Both the position numbers and the translations under genes were made by a program. Positions 29,457 through 39,385 of a DNA stretch of 61,019 bases are shown piece by piece (position 1 is the first letter of the stretch; every line of letters starts with the position of its first letter). The stretch is taken from positions 1-61,019 of the forward strand of contig JAJYYF010000007.1 of NCBI GenBank assembly GCA_021801225.1, read 5' to 3'. The notes under the pieces are model-generated. The model saw nothing but the letters and a program-made list of their open reading frames with translations. It was not told the origin of the DNA and did no database searches. Origin of the DNA: Candidatus Micrarchaeota archaeon. GTDB lineage: Archaea > Micrarchaeota > Micrarchaeia > Micrarchaeales > CABMGC01.

Positions 29457-30155
29457 TTATTTTTTACCATAAACGATATACGCTATCCCAGTTTTTAATT
29501 CTAAGTAATGAATATCTTTAAATCCAGTATCCTTAAGAATTCGGAGTAGCTTTTTCTTGTCAAATTTACTTATGCTATTTGATAACCATGAGTATGCCTT
29601 GTAATCTACAAAAAAACCAATTATTTTCATGAAAATAGAGTATGCTTGAAAAAATAAACGTTTTGAAAAACCATCTGGCATTGCCATATCAAGATATAAA
29701 AAGTATCCGTTTTTCTTAAGTATTCTCTTCTGTTCTTTTGCGAAAACTTCTAAATCATCAAGATTTCTAAGTGCAAATCCGGATATAGACAGATCAAAAG
29801 ATTCATCAGGTAACTTTGTTTTTAATGCGTCTTTTACCTCGAAAGATATATTTTTAATCTTGAGTCTTTCTGACTTTTTTTTGCCTAAAAGAAGCATTTC
29901 TTTATTAAAATCTATTGCTATTATTTTATGAAATGATTTTTTATTAGATAATTTTTTTGATAACTCTATTGCCAAATCTCCAGTGCCTGTAGCTACATCC
30001 AGTATTTTCGGTGATTGAATTTTATCTAATAATTTTACAGATAAATCTACTGCTTCTTTTCTCCAATTTTTATCTACACCGAAACTTAGGAGATGATTCA
30101 TAAAGTCATAATGCTTAGAAACATCAGTAAAGATTTTATTTATTCGTTCACTCAT
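29457..30155 (-). CDS. menG: UbiE/MenG quinone C-methyltransferase
   Basis: YDFMNHLLSFGVDKNWR, LDVATGTGD and GFALRN. Confidence 0.88.
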   Translation of the reverse strand: MSERINKIFTDVSKHYDFMNHLLSFGVDKNWRKEAVDLSVKLLDKIQSPKILDVATGTGDLAIELSKKLSNKKSFHKIIAIDFNKEMLLLGKKKSERLKIKNISFEVKDALKTKLPDESFDLSISGFALRNLDDLEVFAKEQKRILKKNGYFLYLDMAMPDGFSKRLFFQAYSIFMKIIGFFVDYKAYSWLSNSISKFDKKKLLRILKDTGFKDIHYLELKTGIAYIVYGKK

Positions 30156-30167
30156 TTTAGTACCAAA

Positions 30168-30788
30168 TTATAATGCTAAGACAGGTAGAAAAATTATTAT
30201 AAATTCAATCCATAATACATGTGCAAACATTGAACTTATTATCCCATATTTTTCAGCTAAAATACTTGTAATAAAACCAACAAACAAAGCAGCAAGAACT
30301 AATATAGGATTTAATGTTGAGAGGTGTATAAGACCATAAAATAATGCAGCCCCTAACCAGGGTAAATTTTTAAATAATTTAGAATGCTTTCTTATTAGTG
30401 CTTGTACTCCTCCTCTCCAGTATATTTCTTCACATATACCGATTATAGCAAGTAGAATGAAAAGTAAAATTGTTTGAGCTTGTAGGTATATTAATGAATA
30501 AACTTCTTTAACATAAAGTACAGTTCCTGTCAGTAATGTTAGATAATAGCCACCTAGAAAAATTAGATATAGAACTAGGGCTCCCAATAAACCAAACAGT
30601 ATCCCCTTTATTAATTTACCTTGTGATATTCTTAGTAATTTTTTATATTTTAATAATGTTATTGAAGCGAGTAGGACTGTTGAGAACGTCATTGCATATA
30701 CAAAGTAATTGCTAAAAACAATAAATGTCAAAGGCCATAGTATTAATGGTAATCCCAAATAGATATAATCAAACCTTTTTAATTTCAT
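30168..30788 (-). CDS. CPBP (CAAX/Abi) intramembrane metalloprotease
   Basis: EEIYWRG, YGLIH and AHVLW. Confidence 0.88.
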   Translation of the reverse strand: MKLKRFDYIYLGLPLILWPLTFIVFSNYFVYAMTFSTVLLASITLLKYKKLLRISQGKLIKGILFGLLGALVLYLIFLGGYYLTLLTGTVLYVKEVYSLIYLQAQTILLFILLAIIGICEEIYWRGGVQALIRKHSKLFKNLPWLGAALFYGLIHLSTLNPILVLAALFVGFITSILAEKYGIISSMFAHVLWIEFIIIFLPVLAL

Positions 30789-30789
30789 T

Positions 30790-31827
30790 TTAGAACCTAT
30801 TTTTAAGTATTATTTTTCCAAAAATTTCATGCTTTTCAAATATGCTTTGAGCTTTAGATGCATCCTTTATGTTATATGATGAATTAATTATAGGGTGTAT
30901 GTTATTTTTTGAAACAAATTCTAAAGCTTCGTCGAACTCTTGTTTACTTGCGTTGTGAGTGCCAAATATTGATATGTTTTTAAGGTATAATTTCCTAACA
31001 TTTAATGAAGATTCAGCTCCGGTAAGCACACCGAATGAAACAATTCTAGCGTTGTATGCCGCTAAATCCACTGAATTGCCTAATGTAGAGCCAAATGACT
31101 CTAATATTATGTCAACGCCTTTGCCATTTGTAATATCTAAAATCTCTTTATTCAGTTCAGTAGCAGATTTATTACTAGATAGTACAGTTATCTTTCCTAA
31201 TTTTTTAAGTTTAGATTCTTTTTCTGGTGAACCAGATAAAGCTATAACATTCAATTTTAAAGCTAATGAAAATAATATTGCAAATATCCCTACATTTCCA
31301 GAAGCTCCTCTGATTAATATGCTTTCACCTTCTCTGGCCTTTGCTAATTTTTTAATATTCCTCCACGCTAATGGAACATGGAGTGGCATGGCTGATAGTT
31401 CCTCATCTGAAAAACCAGCAGGTACCTTTGATACAGAACTATGAGGAACTGATATCAACTCTGAATAACTTCCATTTACATGTAAACCTAGACATTGCCA
31501 CAATGGACATTGTGCCTCATATCCTGATTTACATTGATAACATTTTCCACAACCATATACAGTATTGACAATTACCTTATCTCCTATTGAAAAGTCTTTA
31601 ACATTTTTACCGACTGCTTCTATTTTACCAATTACATCAGAACCAGGAACATGTGGTAAATTAAAATTAAATCCTGGTATGCCGTTTCTTGTCATTATAT
31701 CTAATGTGTTTATTGAGGTCATTTCTATTTTAATTAAAACGTCGAGATCTGAAACCTTTGGGTCATCTATTGTAAACTCTTTTATTACTTCGTAATTTCC
31801 ATGTTGAGAAAAACCCATCACTTTCAT
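30790..31827 (-). CDS. MDR-family zinc-binding dehydrogenase/oxidoreductase
   Basis: PHVPGSD, structural Zn CGKCYQC...C, and GASGNVG. Confidence 0.9.
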   Translation of the reverse strand: MKVMGFSQHGNYEVIKEFTIDDPKVSDLDVLIKIEMTSINTLDIMTRNGIPGFNFNLPHVPGSDVIGKIEAVGKNVKDFSIGDKVIVNTVYGCGKCYQCKSGYEAQCPLWQCLGLHVNGSYSELISVPHSSVSKVPAGFSDEELSAMPLHVPLAWRNIKKLAKAREGESILIRGASGNVGIFAILFSLALKLNVIALSGSPEKESKLKKLGKITVLSSNKSATELNKEILDITNGKGVDIILESFGSTLGNSVDLAAYNARIVSFGVLTGAESSLNVRKLYLKNISIFGTHNASKQEFDEALEFVSKNNIHPIINSSYNIKDASKAQSIFEKHEIFGKIILKNRF

Positions 31828-31836
31828 AAAAACACA

Positions 31837-32409
31837 TTATTGTATTAAATATTTTTGATACTTTTTATTTTTAAATTCTTCCAGTAAATCATATTCTTTC
31901 ATTATAACTTTTTTGCCTTTTATTATTTTAAGTGAGTCGCCCAACACTAGATTTCTACTTCCTAGTAGTTCATATACTTCACGGTAATTTATCCTTGCGT
32001 TGTTTCCACAATAATCAAGAGCTTCTGAAAGAATATTTTCACCTAATTTAAATTCAGGATACTTCCTTTTTTTGAGCCTCTTTTCCAATTCATCTAAATG
32101 TGATCTCAAAACGATAACTTTTGCATTTGGCAATTTAATATCTGAAAGTATATGGCCTTCTATTATTATATAATTTTTATTTTCCTTTTTTGCAATTTTA
32201 ATTTCTTTAAGTAGTTCATTTTTTAATTTTCTCAGATTTAAGATATATACGCCATCGTAGTCTTTTTTTGAGTATAACTTCCTTTTTTTTGATAACTCGT
32301 TTGCACTTATTAAAGATGCATTTTTAAGCAATTTAGAAAGTTTTTTAGACAGAGTAGTTTTTCCAGTTCCTGGAACACCTGTAATTACAATAACTTTTGT
32401 TATTTCCAT
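31837..32409 (-). CDS. Adenylate kinase 6/Fap7-like NMP kinase
   Basis: ITGVPGTGKTT, IIEGH and RLKKRKY...ENILSE. Confidence 0.88.
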   Translation of the reverse strand: MEITKVIVITGVPGTGKTTLSKKLSKLLKNASLISANELSKKRKLYSKKDYDGVYILNLRKLKNELLKEIKIAKKENKNYIIIEGHILSDIKLPNAKVIVLRSHLDELEKRLKKRKYPEFKLGENILSEALDYCGNNARINYREVYELLGSRNLVLGDSLKIIKGKKVIMKEYDLLEEFKNKKYQKYLIQ

Positions 32410-33075
32410 TTAATTAACTTTAGTTTCTTTTGAACTTTTATAAAGATTAATCTCATCTGAAAATGATGATAAATAATCATTTAATGTTGACTGTGAATTT
32501 TCTACATCTATTATTATGTTTTCAGGAGGTTTTATCGTTATTATATGTATTTTATCAGCTGAAAATATCCATGAACCTAGAGTATGGTCTTTATATTTTG
32601 TGGATATTTCTGCAACATAATTTGATGAAGATATTAACTTTGCAATAAGCGTTTCCAAAGATGTGTTATAAGAATCTATAATTATATTTTCTGAGTTACT
32701 TTCCTTTATGTCTATAGTATAAGGAGTTATTAGAGGGATTTTTAATAACTCAGTTTTTTCATTTATTATAGAGGTGATTTTTGAGTATATTACAGATATG
32801 CTTTCTAATTCTAAGTTCAATTTGTCAATTTCAGAAGCGAAGGTGTTTTTTACTTCTGAAAAATAGGCATCTACTGCAGACTGCATTTTTTTAAGAGTTG
32901 TAGTTGCATCTGATTTTTGAGCATACTTTGAAGGGTTGCTTAGTACATCTCTAAGTTTTATTTCAGAATTTTTCAGTATACTGTCATCTATGCCTGTTAT
33001 AAAGCTATCAGTTAACTCATCCCAATTATTATTACTATTATTATTTTCAGATTTTGTATCAGATTTTGTCGCCAT
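32410..33075 (-). CDS. Hypothetical protein
   Basis: 221-aa ORF with a GGTG SD, abutting the kinase gene. Confidence 0.75.
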   Translation of the reverse strand: MATKSDTKSENNNSNNNWDELTDSFITGIDDSILKNSEIKLRDVLSNPSKYAQKSDATTTLKKMQSAVDAYFSEVKNTFASEIDKLNLELESISVIYSKITSIINEKTELLKIPLITPYTIDIKESNSENIIIDSYNTSLETLIAKLISSSNYVAEISTKYKDHTLGSWIFSADKIHIITIKPPENIIIDVENSQSTLNDYLSSFSDEINLYKSSKETKVN

Positions 33076-33170
33076 ATTTAAACACCACTATTTATAAAAT
33101 TGAACAGTTATATATAAAATATCTTCCATAATATGTTTTTTGAAGATTATTAAGTATAATAGATGAAAAG

Positions 33171-34091
33171 ATGCAGATAAACCATTTAGAACTTGAATTT
33201 GCATACAAATATCCTTTTTCATTAGAATCAAGAAGAGTAATCTCTGAAAGCGGAAAGGATTTAGATTATAAACTTTTTAATTACGGATTATTAAGATTGC
33301 AAAACTCAATTGATAAAAAAAGTTTAGCTATAGATGACTCATTATTAGATAGTACAATGCTAATACATATTTTAAGTTATGTTTATGCAAGAATGATAGT
33401 TAGTGCAAATGGAAATCAATCTATAATTAAGTTGTTTTGTTATTACGAGGCAAAAAGATCTATATATGCTCTTTTGGAGGACAAACAACAGAATATAGAA
33501 AAAATAACTGGAGAGCTCGGTATAAAAATACAAAAAAATAATAATTTTTTCTTAATTACTTTTGAAGATTATTTAAAAAATATGCCAAAAACAGAAGAGT
33601 TCAGATTAATTAAACAAAACTTAAAGAATGGAAACATTACAGTGAATAAGGATCAACTATCTAAATTTTTACTTAAAAGGATAGAGCTAGAGATAAAGAA
33701 AAATCTTCCAATACCCAAAAAAGATCTTCCTAAGGAAGCATTTGAGTACTCTAAAAAATTAATAATACCTGTTGAAAAGATTGGTATAAATTTAAAAAAT
33801 GATGTAAAATATGAATGGATAAATAAACTACTATCAAAACCAATAGCTGATGTGAGACACAGAACAGTAAATTTAATACTTGCCCCTTATTTGAGTAATG
33901 TTTTAGGTTTATCTGAAGAAGAAGCATTTAAAGTTATAAATACTTACATAAATAAATGTAAAGAAATTAATCCAGATACGAATGTCAATGAGTCATATAT
34001 AAGATATCAAGTAAAATACTCAAAAACTAAGGGTATGAAACCATTATCTTATAAAAAAGCTAAGGAGCTATTAGGTGATGAGATAATTTAA
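33171..34091 (+). CDS. Primase non-catalytic subunit: PriL-like N-domain plus PriX-like C-domain
   Basis: AYKYPFS and SYVYARMIVS (PriL-like); YEWINKLL...RHRTVNLILAPYL...KPLS (PriX-like). Confidence 0.75.
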   Translation: MQINHLELEFAYKYPFSLESRRVISESGKDLDYKLFNYGLLRLQNSIDKKSLAIDDSLLDSTMLIHILSYVYARMIVSANGNQSIIKLFCYYEAKRSIYALLEDKQQNIEKITGELGIKIQKNNNFFLITFEDYLKNMPKTEEFRLIKQNLKNGNITVNKDQLSKFLLKRIELEIKKNLPIPKKDLPKEAFEYSKKLIIPVEKIGINLKNDVKYEWINKLLSKPIADVRHRTVNLILAPYLSNVLGLSEEEAFKVINTYINKCKEINPDTNVNESYIRYQVKYSKTKGMKPLSYKKAKELLGDEII

Positions 34092-34103
34092 TGTGTGATT
34101 AAT

Positions 34104-34235
34104 ATGGTAGCGAAATTATGTCATATTTGTAATAAATTGGCTGATGATATTTGTAAGTTATGTGGAAGGCCCGCATGCAAAAAACACATGAATAAGCATA
34201 ATGTTTGTGAGTCGTGTGCTACAGGATTAAAGTAA
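34104..34235 (+). CDS. Small zinc-finger protein (43 aa), not in the ORF track
   Basis: MVAKLCHICNKLADDICKLCGRPACKKHMNKHNVCESCATGLK, preceded by a GTGA SD. Confidence 0.8.
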   Translation: MVAKLCHICNKLADDICKLCGRPACKKHMNKHNVCESCATGLK

Positions 34236-34317
34236 TATTCAAATTAAATTATTTTTTAAAAATACTAGACTTTTTAGTATATATACTCAAATAATTTGTT
34301 ATTTTATAATTTTTGAG

Positions 34318-34857
34318 TTATTTGTTTTCTGATTGAGTTTCTGAGTTAACTTGATTTGAATTATTAGTAATAGTTTCTGAAGTTATTTCTTCTGATGAAT
34401 CTTGTTCATTATCTTGTATAATTTGATTATTTTCTGTGTTTTCGAGATTATTTTTAGTAGTGGATTCTGAGTTTACTTCATTCGATTTTTCTTGTGTTTC
34501 TTTATAATTCTCAATAATAGTAGTATTAGTATTCTTCGTTTGTTCTTCTGTATTTTCAGTATGAATTTCAGAGGTTTTAGCCGTTTCAACGTCTTCTATC
34601 TTGTAATCTTCAGCTGATTTACCTTCAGGAAATGCTATTGCATTTTGAGCAGCTACCGGCAACTTTAATTCTTCAGCGACACGTTTAAGTTCTGAAATAT
34701 CAATAACTCTGTCAGTAAACAACTCAACATACTCAATATTTCCGGACTTTATTTTTTTAACTGAAAATGTTATTTGTTGATACATCCCACTTCTAATTAC
34801 CCTTACTTTAACTGTACCTCTTTTGAGTATAGCTTTAGAAATCTCAGGTATTTCCAC
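34318..34857 (-). CDS. Hypothetical protein with E/N/T/S-rich disordered C-terminal half
   Basis: Likely GTG start at 34857; globular N-terminal part. Confidence 0.75.
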   Translation of the reverse strand: MEIPEISKAILKRGTVKVRVIRSGMYQQITFSVKKIKSGNIEYVELFTDRVIDISELKRVAEELKLPVAAQNAIAFPEGKSAEDYKIEDVETAKTSEIHTENTEEQTKNTNTTIIENYKETQEKSNEVNSESTTKNNLENTENNQIIQDNEQDSSEEITSETITNNSNQVNSETQSENK

Positions 34858-35157
34858 ATGATTACCAAAAGTATTTTTGAACAAAAATATTTATGACTAA
34901 TGCTAAAAAAGTCTTATATTAAGTAAGAGCCTCAAATCTCCTAATTGAGTAGTTTACAATAATCTTTTGAGAAGTAATCGTGAAACATTTAATTTGCTTA
35001 TTATTAAAGTAAACAACTCCATCAATATTGTACAACAAAAATATGCTCATGTTAAATGAAATGGATGAATTTTACAACAATGTGAATAAAATTGTATTTA
35101 CAATTGAGTTAACAATCTTGAAGATAACAATAATAAACTATTCTACTACTTATAATC

Positions 35158-35526
35158 ATGCCTTCAAACTACATAGCAATAGGAATTTTTATTGTTTTAT
35201 CACTGATAATACCTTCTTCTTTGGTATTAAGTTCAATATTTTTAGGACACAGAAGAGAAGGGAATAAGGTATCAGAAAAGAACTTTGAAAGTGCGGAGGT
35301 CAGTGTAGGTTCTAATACAACCATTATGAAAGAGTACTTCCATTACTTTACAGGATTTTTAGCCTTTGAGATTCTTACTGGGTTGGTATTAGCATGGGCA
35401 TACGTTATAAGAACAACTAGCTATTTAGGAAGTATTTATTTTATTTTATTAGTGATTTTAGCAATGGTTTTTGAGGTTTTTATTATGCTCTTTTCACTTA
35501 AAAGATTTTCAGGTTTGGATGAGTAG
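35158..35526 (+). CDS. nuoA: Complex I subunit A
   Basis: FESAE loop, FLAFEI, three TMs; first gene of the operon. Confidence 0.88.
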   Translation: MPSNYIAIGIFIVLSLIIPSSLVLSSIFLGHRREGNKVSEKNFESAEVSVGSNTTIMKEYFHYFTGFLAFEILTGLVLAWAYVIRTTSYLGSIYFILLVILAMVFEVFIMLFSLKRFSGLDE

Positions 35527-36084
35527 ATGGATGAACAAGAAAAAGTTTTAAATGCTAGACAAGAAATGGATCAGCTAGTTGTAGATTCCCTAAAAGGTAG
35601 AAAGATAAAGCCAAATGTTGTTTTTGCAAAGTTATCTGATTTAAGTAAAGTAATGTCAAAGGGAGTAGTGCATTGGTCAAGAGTAAACTCAGTTTGGCCT
35701 TTACAGTTCGGATTAGCATGTTGTGCCATGGAGCTTATGGACTTTGGTTCTGCAAGAATTGATGCTGAAAGAAAAGGATTTCTGTTATTTAGAGCGACTC
35801 CTAGACAAGCTGATGTTATGCTGGTAGCTGGATGGGTAACTAAATCAATGATACCAGAAGTAAAAAGATTGTATGAACAAATGTCAAAACCAAGATATGT
35901 AATAGCTTTTGGTGAGTGTGCAACATGCGGTGGACCTTGGTGGGAAAGTTACAATATAGTAAAGGGTATAGATCAGGTTTTGCCTGTTGATGTTTACGTA
36001 GTTGGTTGTCCTCCGAGACCTGAGAATTTATTTTCAGCTGTTATGAAATTACAGAAAAAAATAGGTGGAGATGTTGAGTATTGA
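35527..36084 (+). CDS. nuoB: Complex I subunit B
   Basis: GLACCAME, TPRQAD, GECATCGG and GCPPRPE. Confidence 0.96.
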   Translation: MDEQEKVLNARQEMDQLVVDSLKGRKIKPNVVFAKLSDLSKVMSKGVVHWSRVNSVWPLQFGLACCAMELMDFGSARIDAERKGFLLFRATPRQADVMLVAGWVTKSMIPEVKRLYEQMSKPRYVIAFGECATCGGPWWESYNIVKGIDQVLPVDVYVVGCPPRPENLFSAVMKLQKKIGGDVEY

Positions 36085-36439
36085 AAGAAAAGACCTACTT
36101 AAAAATATTGAACAATCATATGCAGAAGGTTATACTTATTTAGTTAAAATAACTGCAGTAGATTATGTAAAAACAATCAACCTAATTTATATTTTAAGAT
36201 CATTAGATAAAAATCAGGATAAAATATTGGAAGTTATATTAGACCCAGCTGATTTATCAGTAGAAACTATTACCCACATTTATCAGGGTGCAGATTGGTA
36301 CGAACGGGAGATGCAAGAGATGTTTGGCATTAAGATAAAGGGAAGAAGAGCAAAAAGATTGCTATTAGAAAAATGGGATGGTAAAGGATACCCACTTAGA
36401 AAAAACTTCGAGTGGGGAAAGAGTTATGAAAAGGAGTAG
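36071..36439 (+). CDS. nuoC: Complex I subunit C
   Basis: ITAVDY, ADWYEREMQEMFGI and YPLRK. Confidence 0.93.
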   Translation: MLSIERKDLLKNIEQSYAEGYTYLVKITAVDYVKTINLIYILRSLDKNQDKILEVILDPADLSVETITHIYQGADWYEREMQEMFGIKIKGRRAKRLLLEKWDGKGYPLRKNFEWGKSYEKE

Positions 36440-36441
36440 AT

Positions 36442-37542
36442 ATGGCAATAACAAGAATAAATATAGGCCCAGTACATCCAAGTACACATGGAGTTGCTAG
36501 ATTAGTTGTAGATTTAGATGGCGACACCATAGTAAATGTAGAACCGCATATCGGCTATTTACACAGAGGTGTTGAAAAACTAGTTGAGAATAGAATGTAT
36601 ATGCAATCACCGCCATATATGGAAAAGATAGATTATGTAGCTCCTATGGCGGTTGATGAGTTATATGTAGCAACAGTTGAAAAGGCTCTGAATGTTGAGG
36701 TAAGTGAAAAAGCAGCTTATGCAAGAATAATTTTATTAGAGCTTCAAAGGATAGCTAGTCACTTATTTTTCATAGGAAGTGTTACTAATGATTTAGGGCA
36801 ATCATTTACAGGATTCATGTGGGGCTTCATGGATAGAGACAAAATACTCAAACTTTTAGAGAATGCAACAGGACAAAGAATGTTTTATGTAAATATGAGA
36901 TTAGGGGGCATAAATAGAGAGTTTCCTCAAGATTTTGAGTATCAAACAAAGGAATTTTTAGATTACCTTGAAAAAAGATTGAAGGATTATGAGAACTTCA
37001 TAGAAAAAAATCCAATATTTATTCAAAGGATGAAAGGTATTGGAGTTTTAAATATAGATGATGCAATAAATTTAGGAGTTACGGGACATGTATTAAGAGC
37101 ATCAGGTGTAAAGTATGATGTTAGAAAGAATAATACTTATTATAAATATTCAGAACTTAATTTCCATACAAAAATATTAAGTGATGGCGATAATTTATCA
37201 AGGTTTAGAATAAGAATGATGGAAATTAGAGAAAGCATACGTTTGATAAGGGATTCTTTTTATAAAATACAAAAAGCTGATGGAAGTATGATTGGTATGC
37301 CAGTTAAGCTCTTTTCTCCTAAACCTACAAATAAAATTTCAATAGTTAATAGAGAACTGCCGAGAGGAGAAGGACTTATGTATATGGTTGCAGATGATAA
37401 AAAACCTTACAGACTTTCTATCAGGGCGCCTACATTCATAAATTTAGCTGCTTTAAATAAAATTGCCAAAGGACATAAACTTGCAGATTTATTTTCTATA
37501 TTTGGCACATTAGATATGGTGATGGCTGATGTCGATAGGTAG
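36442..37542 (+). CDS. nuoD: Complex I subunit D
   Basis: GPVHPSTHGV, GYLHRGVEK and terminal DVDR; no Ni-binding CxxC. Confidence 0.96.
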   Translation: MAITRINIGPVHPSTHGVARLVVDLDGDTIVNVEPHIGYLHRGVEKLVENRMYMQSPPYMEKIDYVAPMAVDELYVATVEKALNVEVSEKAAYARIILLELQRIASHLFFIGSVTNDLGQSFTGFMWGFMDRDKILKLLENATGQRMFYVNMRLGGINREFPQDFEYQTKEFLDYLEKRLKDYENFIEKNPIFIQRMKGIGVLNIDDAINLGVTGHVLRASGVKYDVRKNNTYYKYSELNFHTKILSDGDNLSRFRIRMMEIRESIRLIRDSFYKIQKADGSMIGMPVKLFSPKPTNKISIVNRELPRGEGLMYMVADDKKPYRLSIRAPTFINLAALNKIAKGHKLADLFSIFGTLDMVMADVDR

Positions 37543-38533
37543 TTTACTGAATTATTTTTATACAGGATTAAACTCTTCAAATCTTTTAATTAGTATAATC
37601 TTCATAATAATATACGCAATTTTAATCTCAATAATGATGAGTATTTTTGCATACATGTTCGGTTGGATTGAAAGAAAGATAATCGCTAAGGCACAGAGAA
37701 GACATGGTCCGAATCGTGTTGGAAAGTGGGGACTTCTTCAAAATCTTGCTGATTTAATAAAGTTAATAACAAAGGAAAAAATAATACCTGAAAATGCAGA
37801 TCCTTTACTTCTAAACTTAGCTCCTATACTTTTAGTCGGAATTGTAACATTTATAATTTTACTAGTACCATTTTCTTCTTACTTACAGGCAACAAACTTA
37901 GGATTAGGATTATTAATTATTTTTGTAATTTTAGGGTTTACCCCTATTTTATTATTTATAGCTGGGTACGCAAGCGGAGGAAAGTTTGCTGAGTTGGGAG
38001 CACAAAGATCTGTACTGATGCTCATAAGTTATGAGATACCTATGATAATAGTAGTTGCAACAGTAGGGATAGCCGCAGGATCGTATAACTTAAGTAGTAT
38101 AATGAATATGCAAAGTAGTTTATTCAATGTATTTTTAATGCCGATAGGTTTCTTCATATTTTTTGTAGTTATGCTTGCTGAACTTGAAAGACCTCCTTTC
38201 GATTTAAGGGAAGCTGATTCAGAACTTATTGCCGGTTGGTTAACAGATATAAGTGCACCTTATTACGCAGTGGCACTTATGCTAGATTATACAAGAATGT
38301 TCATGGGTTCACTTTTAATAGCAATATTATTTTTTGGAGGATGGACAGGCCCGTGGTTGCCAGGAATATTTTGGTTAATCATAAAGGCTGTCATAATTTC
38401 ATTATTTATAATATTGATAAGATTAGCTGCGGTAAGGATGCGTATAGATAAGATATTGAAAACAGGCTGGATGTATCTACTCCCTTTATCAATAGTAAAC
38501 CTTTTATTAACATTAATAATAGTATTAAAATAG
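37529..38533 (+). CDS. nuoH: Complex I subunit H
   Basis: ERKIIAKAQRRHGPNRVG and ERPPFDLREADSELIAG. Confidence 0.96.
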   Translation: MSIGSLLNYFYTGLNSSNLLISIIFIIIYAILISIMMSIFAYMFGWIERKIIAKAQRRHGPNRVGKWGLLQNLADLIKLITKEKIIPENADPLLLNLAPILLVGIVTFIILLVPFSSYLQATNLGLGLLIIFVILGFTPILLFIAGYASGGKFAELGAQRSVLMLISYEIPMIIVVATVGIAAGSYNLSSIMNMQSSLFNVFLMPIGFFIFFVVMLAELERPPFDLREADSELIAGWLTDISAPYYAVALMLDYTRMFMGSLLIAILFFGGWTGPWLPGIFWLIIKAVIISLFIILIRLAAVRMRIDKILKTGWMYLLPLSIVNLLLTLIIVLK

Positions 38534-38541
38534 TAGATTAA

Positions 38542-38904
38542 ATGATAAATCCAATTATAGAAGTTGTAAAGGCTCTTGGAAAGGAAAGGTTTACAGTCCA
38601 GTATCCAGAAGAAAGAGAGTCATTACCAGATAGTTACAGATCAATGTTTAAACTAGATGTACAAACATGTATTAGTTGCTCTGCTTGTTCAATAATATGC
38701 CCCAATAATACAATAACAATGGTGAACATACTTACTGACAAAGGGCAAAAGATAATGCCGCAGATAGGAATTGAAAGATGTTTATTCTGTGCTTTGTGTG
38801 CAGAGGTATGCCCACCAAAATGTCTTACTCTTACAAAAAATTATGAGGTTCTAGAAGCTTATGATAAACGTGATTTTATAAAAAGGCCTGAGGAACTAGA
38901 GTGA
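38542..38904 (+). CDS. nuoI: Complex I subunit I
   Basis: TVQYPEE, CISCSACSIICP and CLFCALCAEVCP. Confidence 0.95.
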   Translation: MINPIIEVVKALGKERFTVQYPEERESLPDSYRSMFKLDVQTCISCSACSIICPNNTITMVNILTDKGQKIMPQIGIERCLFCALCAEVCPPKCLTLTKNYEVLEAYDKRDFIKRPEELE

Positions 38905-38908
38905 AAAA

Positions 38909-39385
38909 ATGATTGAGATTATAAGTTTTGCAATAGTAAGTTTCATTATGTTATTATCGAGTATAATGATATTTTATCAGAGAAGTATAATGAGAGCAGT
39001 CATATTACTTACAATTTCTTTTGGTTCTAGTTCTGCAATATTTTTTATATTAAATCAGAACTTTGTAGCTCTTTTACAACTTTTTATATTTGTAGGAGGT
39101 ATGTCTACTTATTTGATAATTTCGGTTTTTTCAGAGTATAAAAAAATTAATCAAGTTGATTTCGTAAAGATCTGCATTGTAGCTGCAGTTATATTCAGTG
39201 CGGTGTTTTTGTCACTTATCGGAATAACAAATAACAACACATTACAAAGCACAAATATGAGTACGTTTTTTGCTTATGCATTTGAAAGTTACTTCCCCTT
39301 GATTTATCTAGCAATAGTTATGTTATTTCTAACTTCAATTGGAAGTATATTGATAATAAGGAAGTATGTTAAATTGATGATATGA
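38909..39385 (+). CDS. nuoJ: Complex I subunit J
   Basis: FVALLQLFIFVGG; operon position. Confidence 0.88.
   Translation: MIEIISFAIVSFIMLLSSIMIFYQRSIMRAVILLTISFGSSSAIFFILNQNFVALLQLFIFVGGMSTYLIISVFSEYKKINQVDFVKICIVAAVIFSAVFLSLIGITNNNTLQSTNMSTFFAYAFESYFPLIYLAIVMLFLTSIGSILIIRKYVKLMI

Noticed and set aside
35028-35267. 79-aa ORF overlapping nuoA
   Set aside because: It overlaps nuoA out of frame and has no SD or motif.
35527-37542. Group 4 [NiFe]-hydrogenase
   Set aside because: The large subunit lacks both Ni-binding CxxC motifs and ends in DVDR like NuoD.
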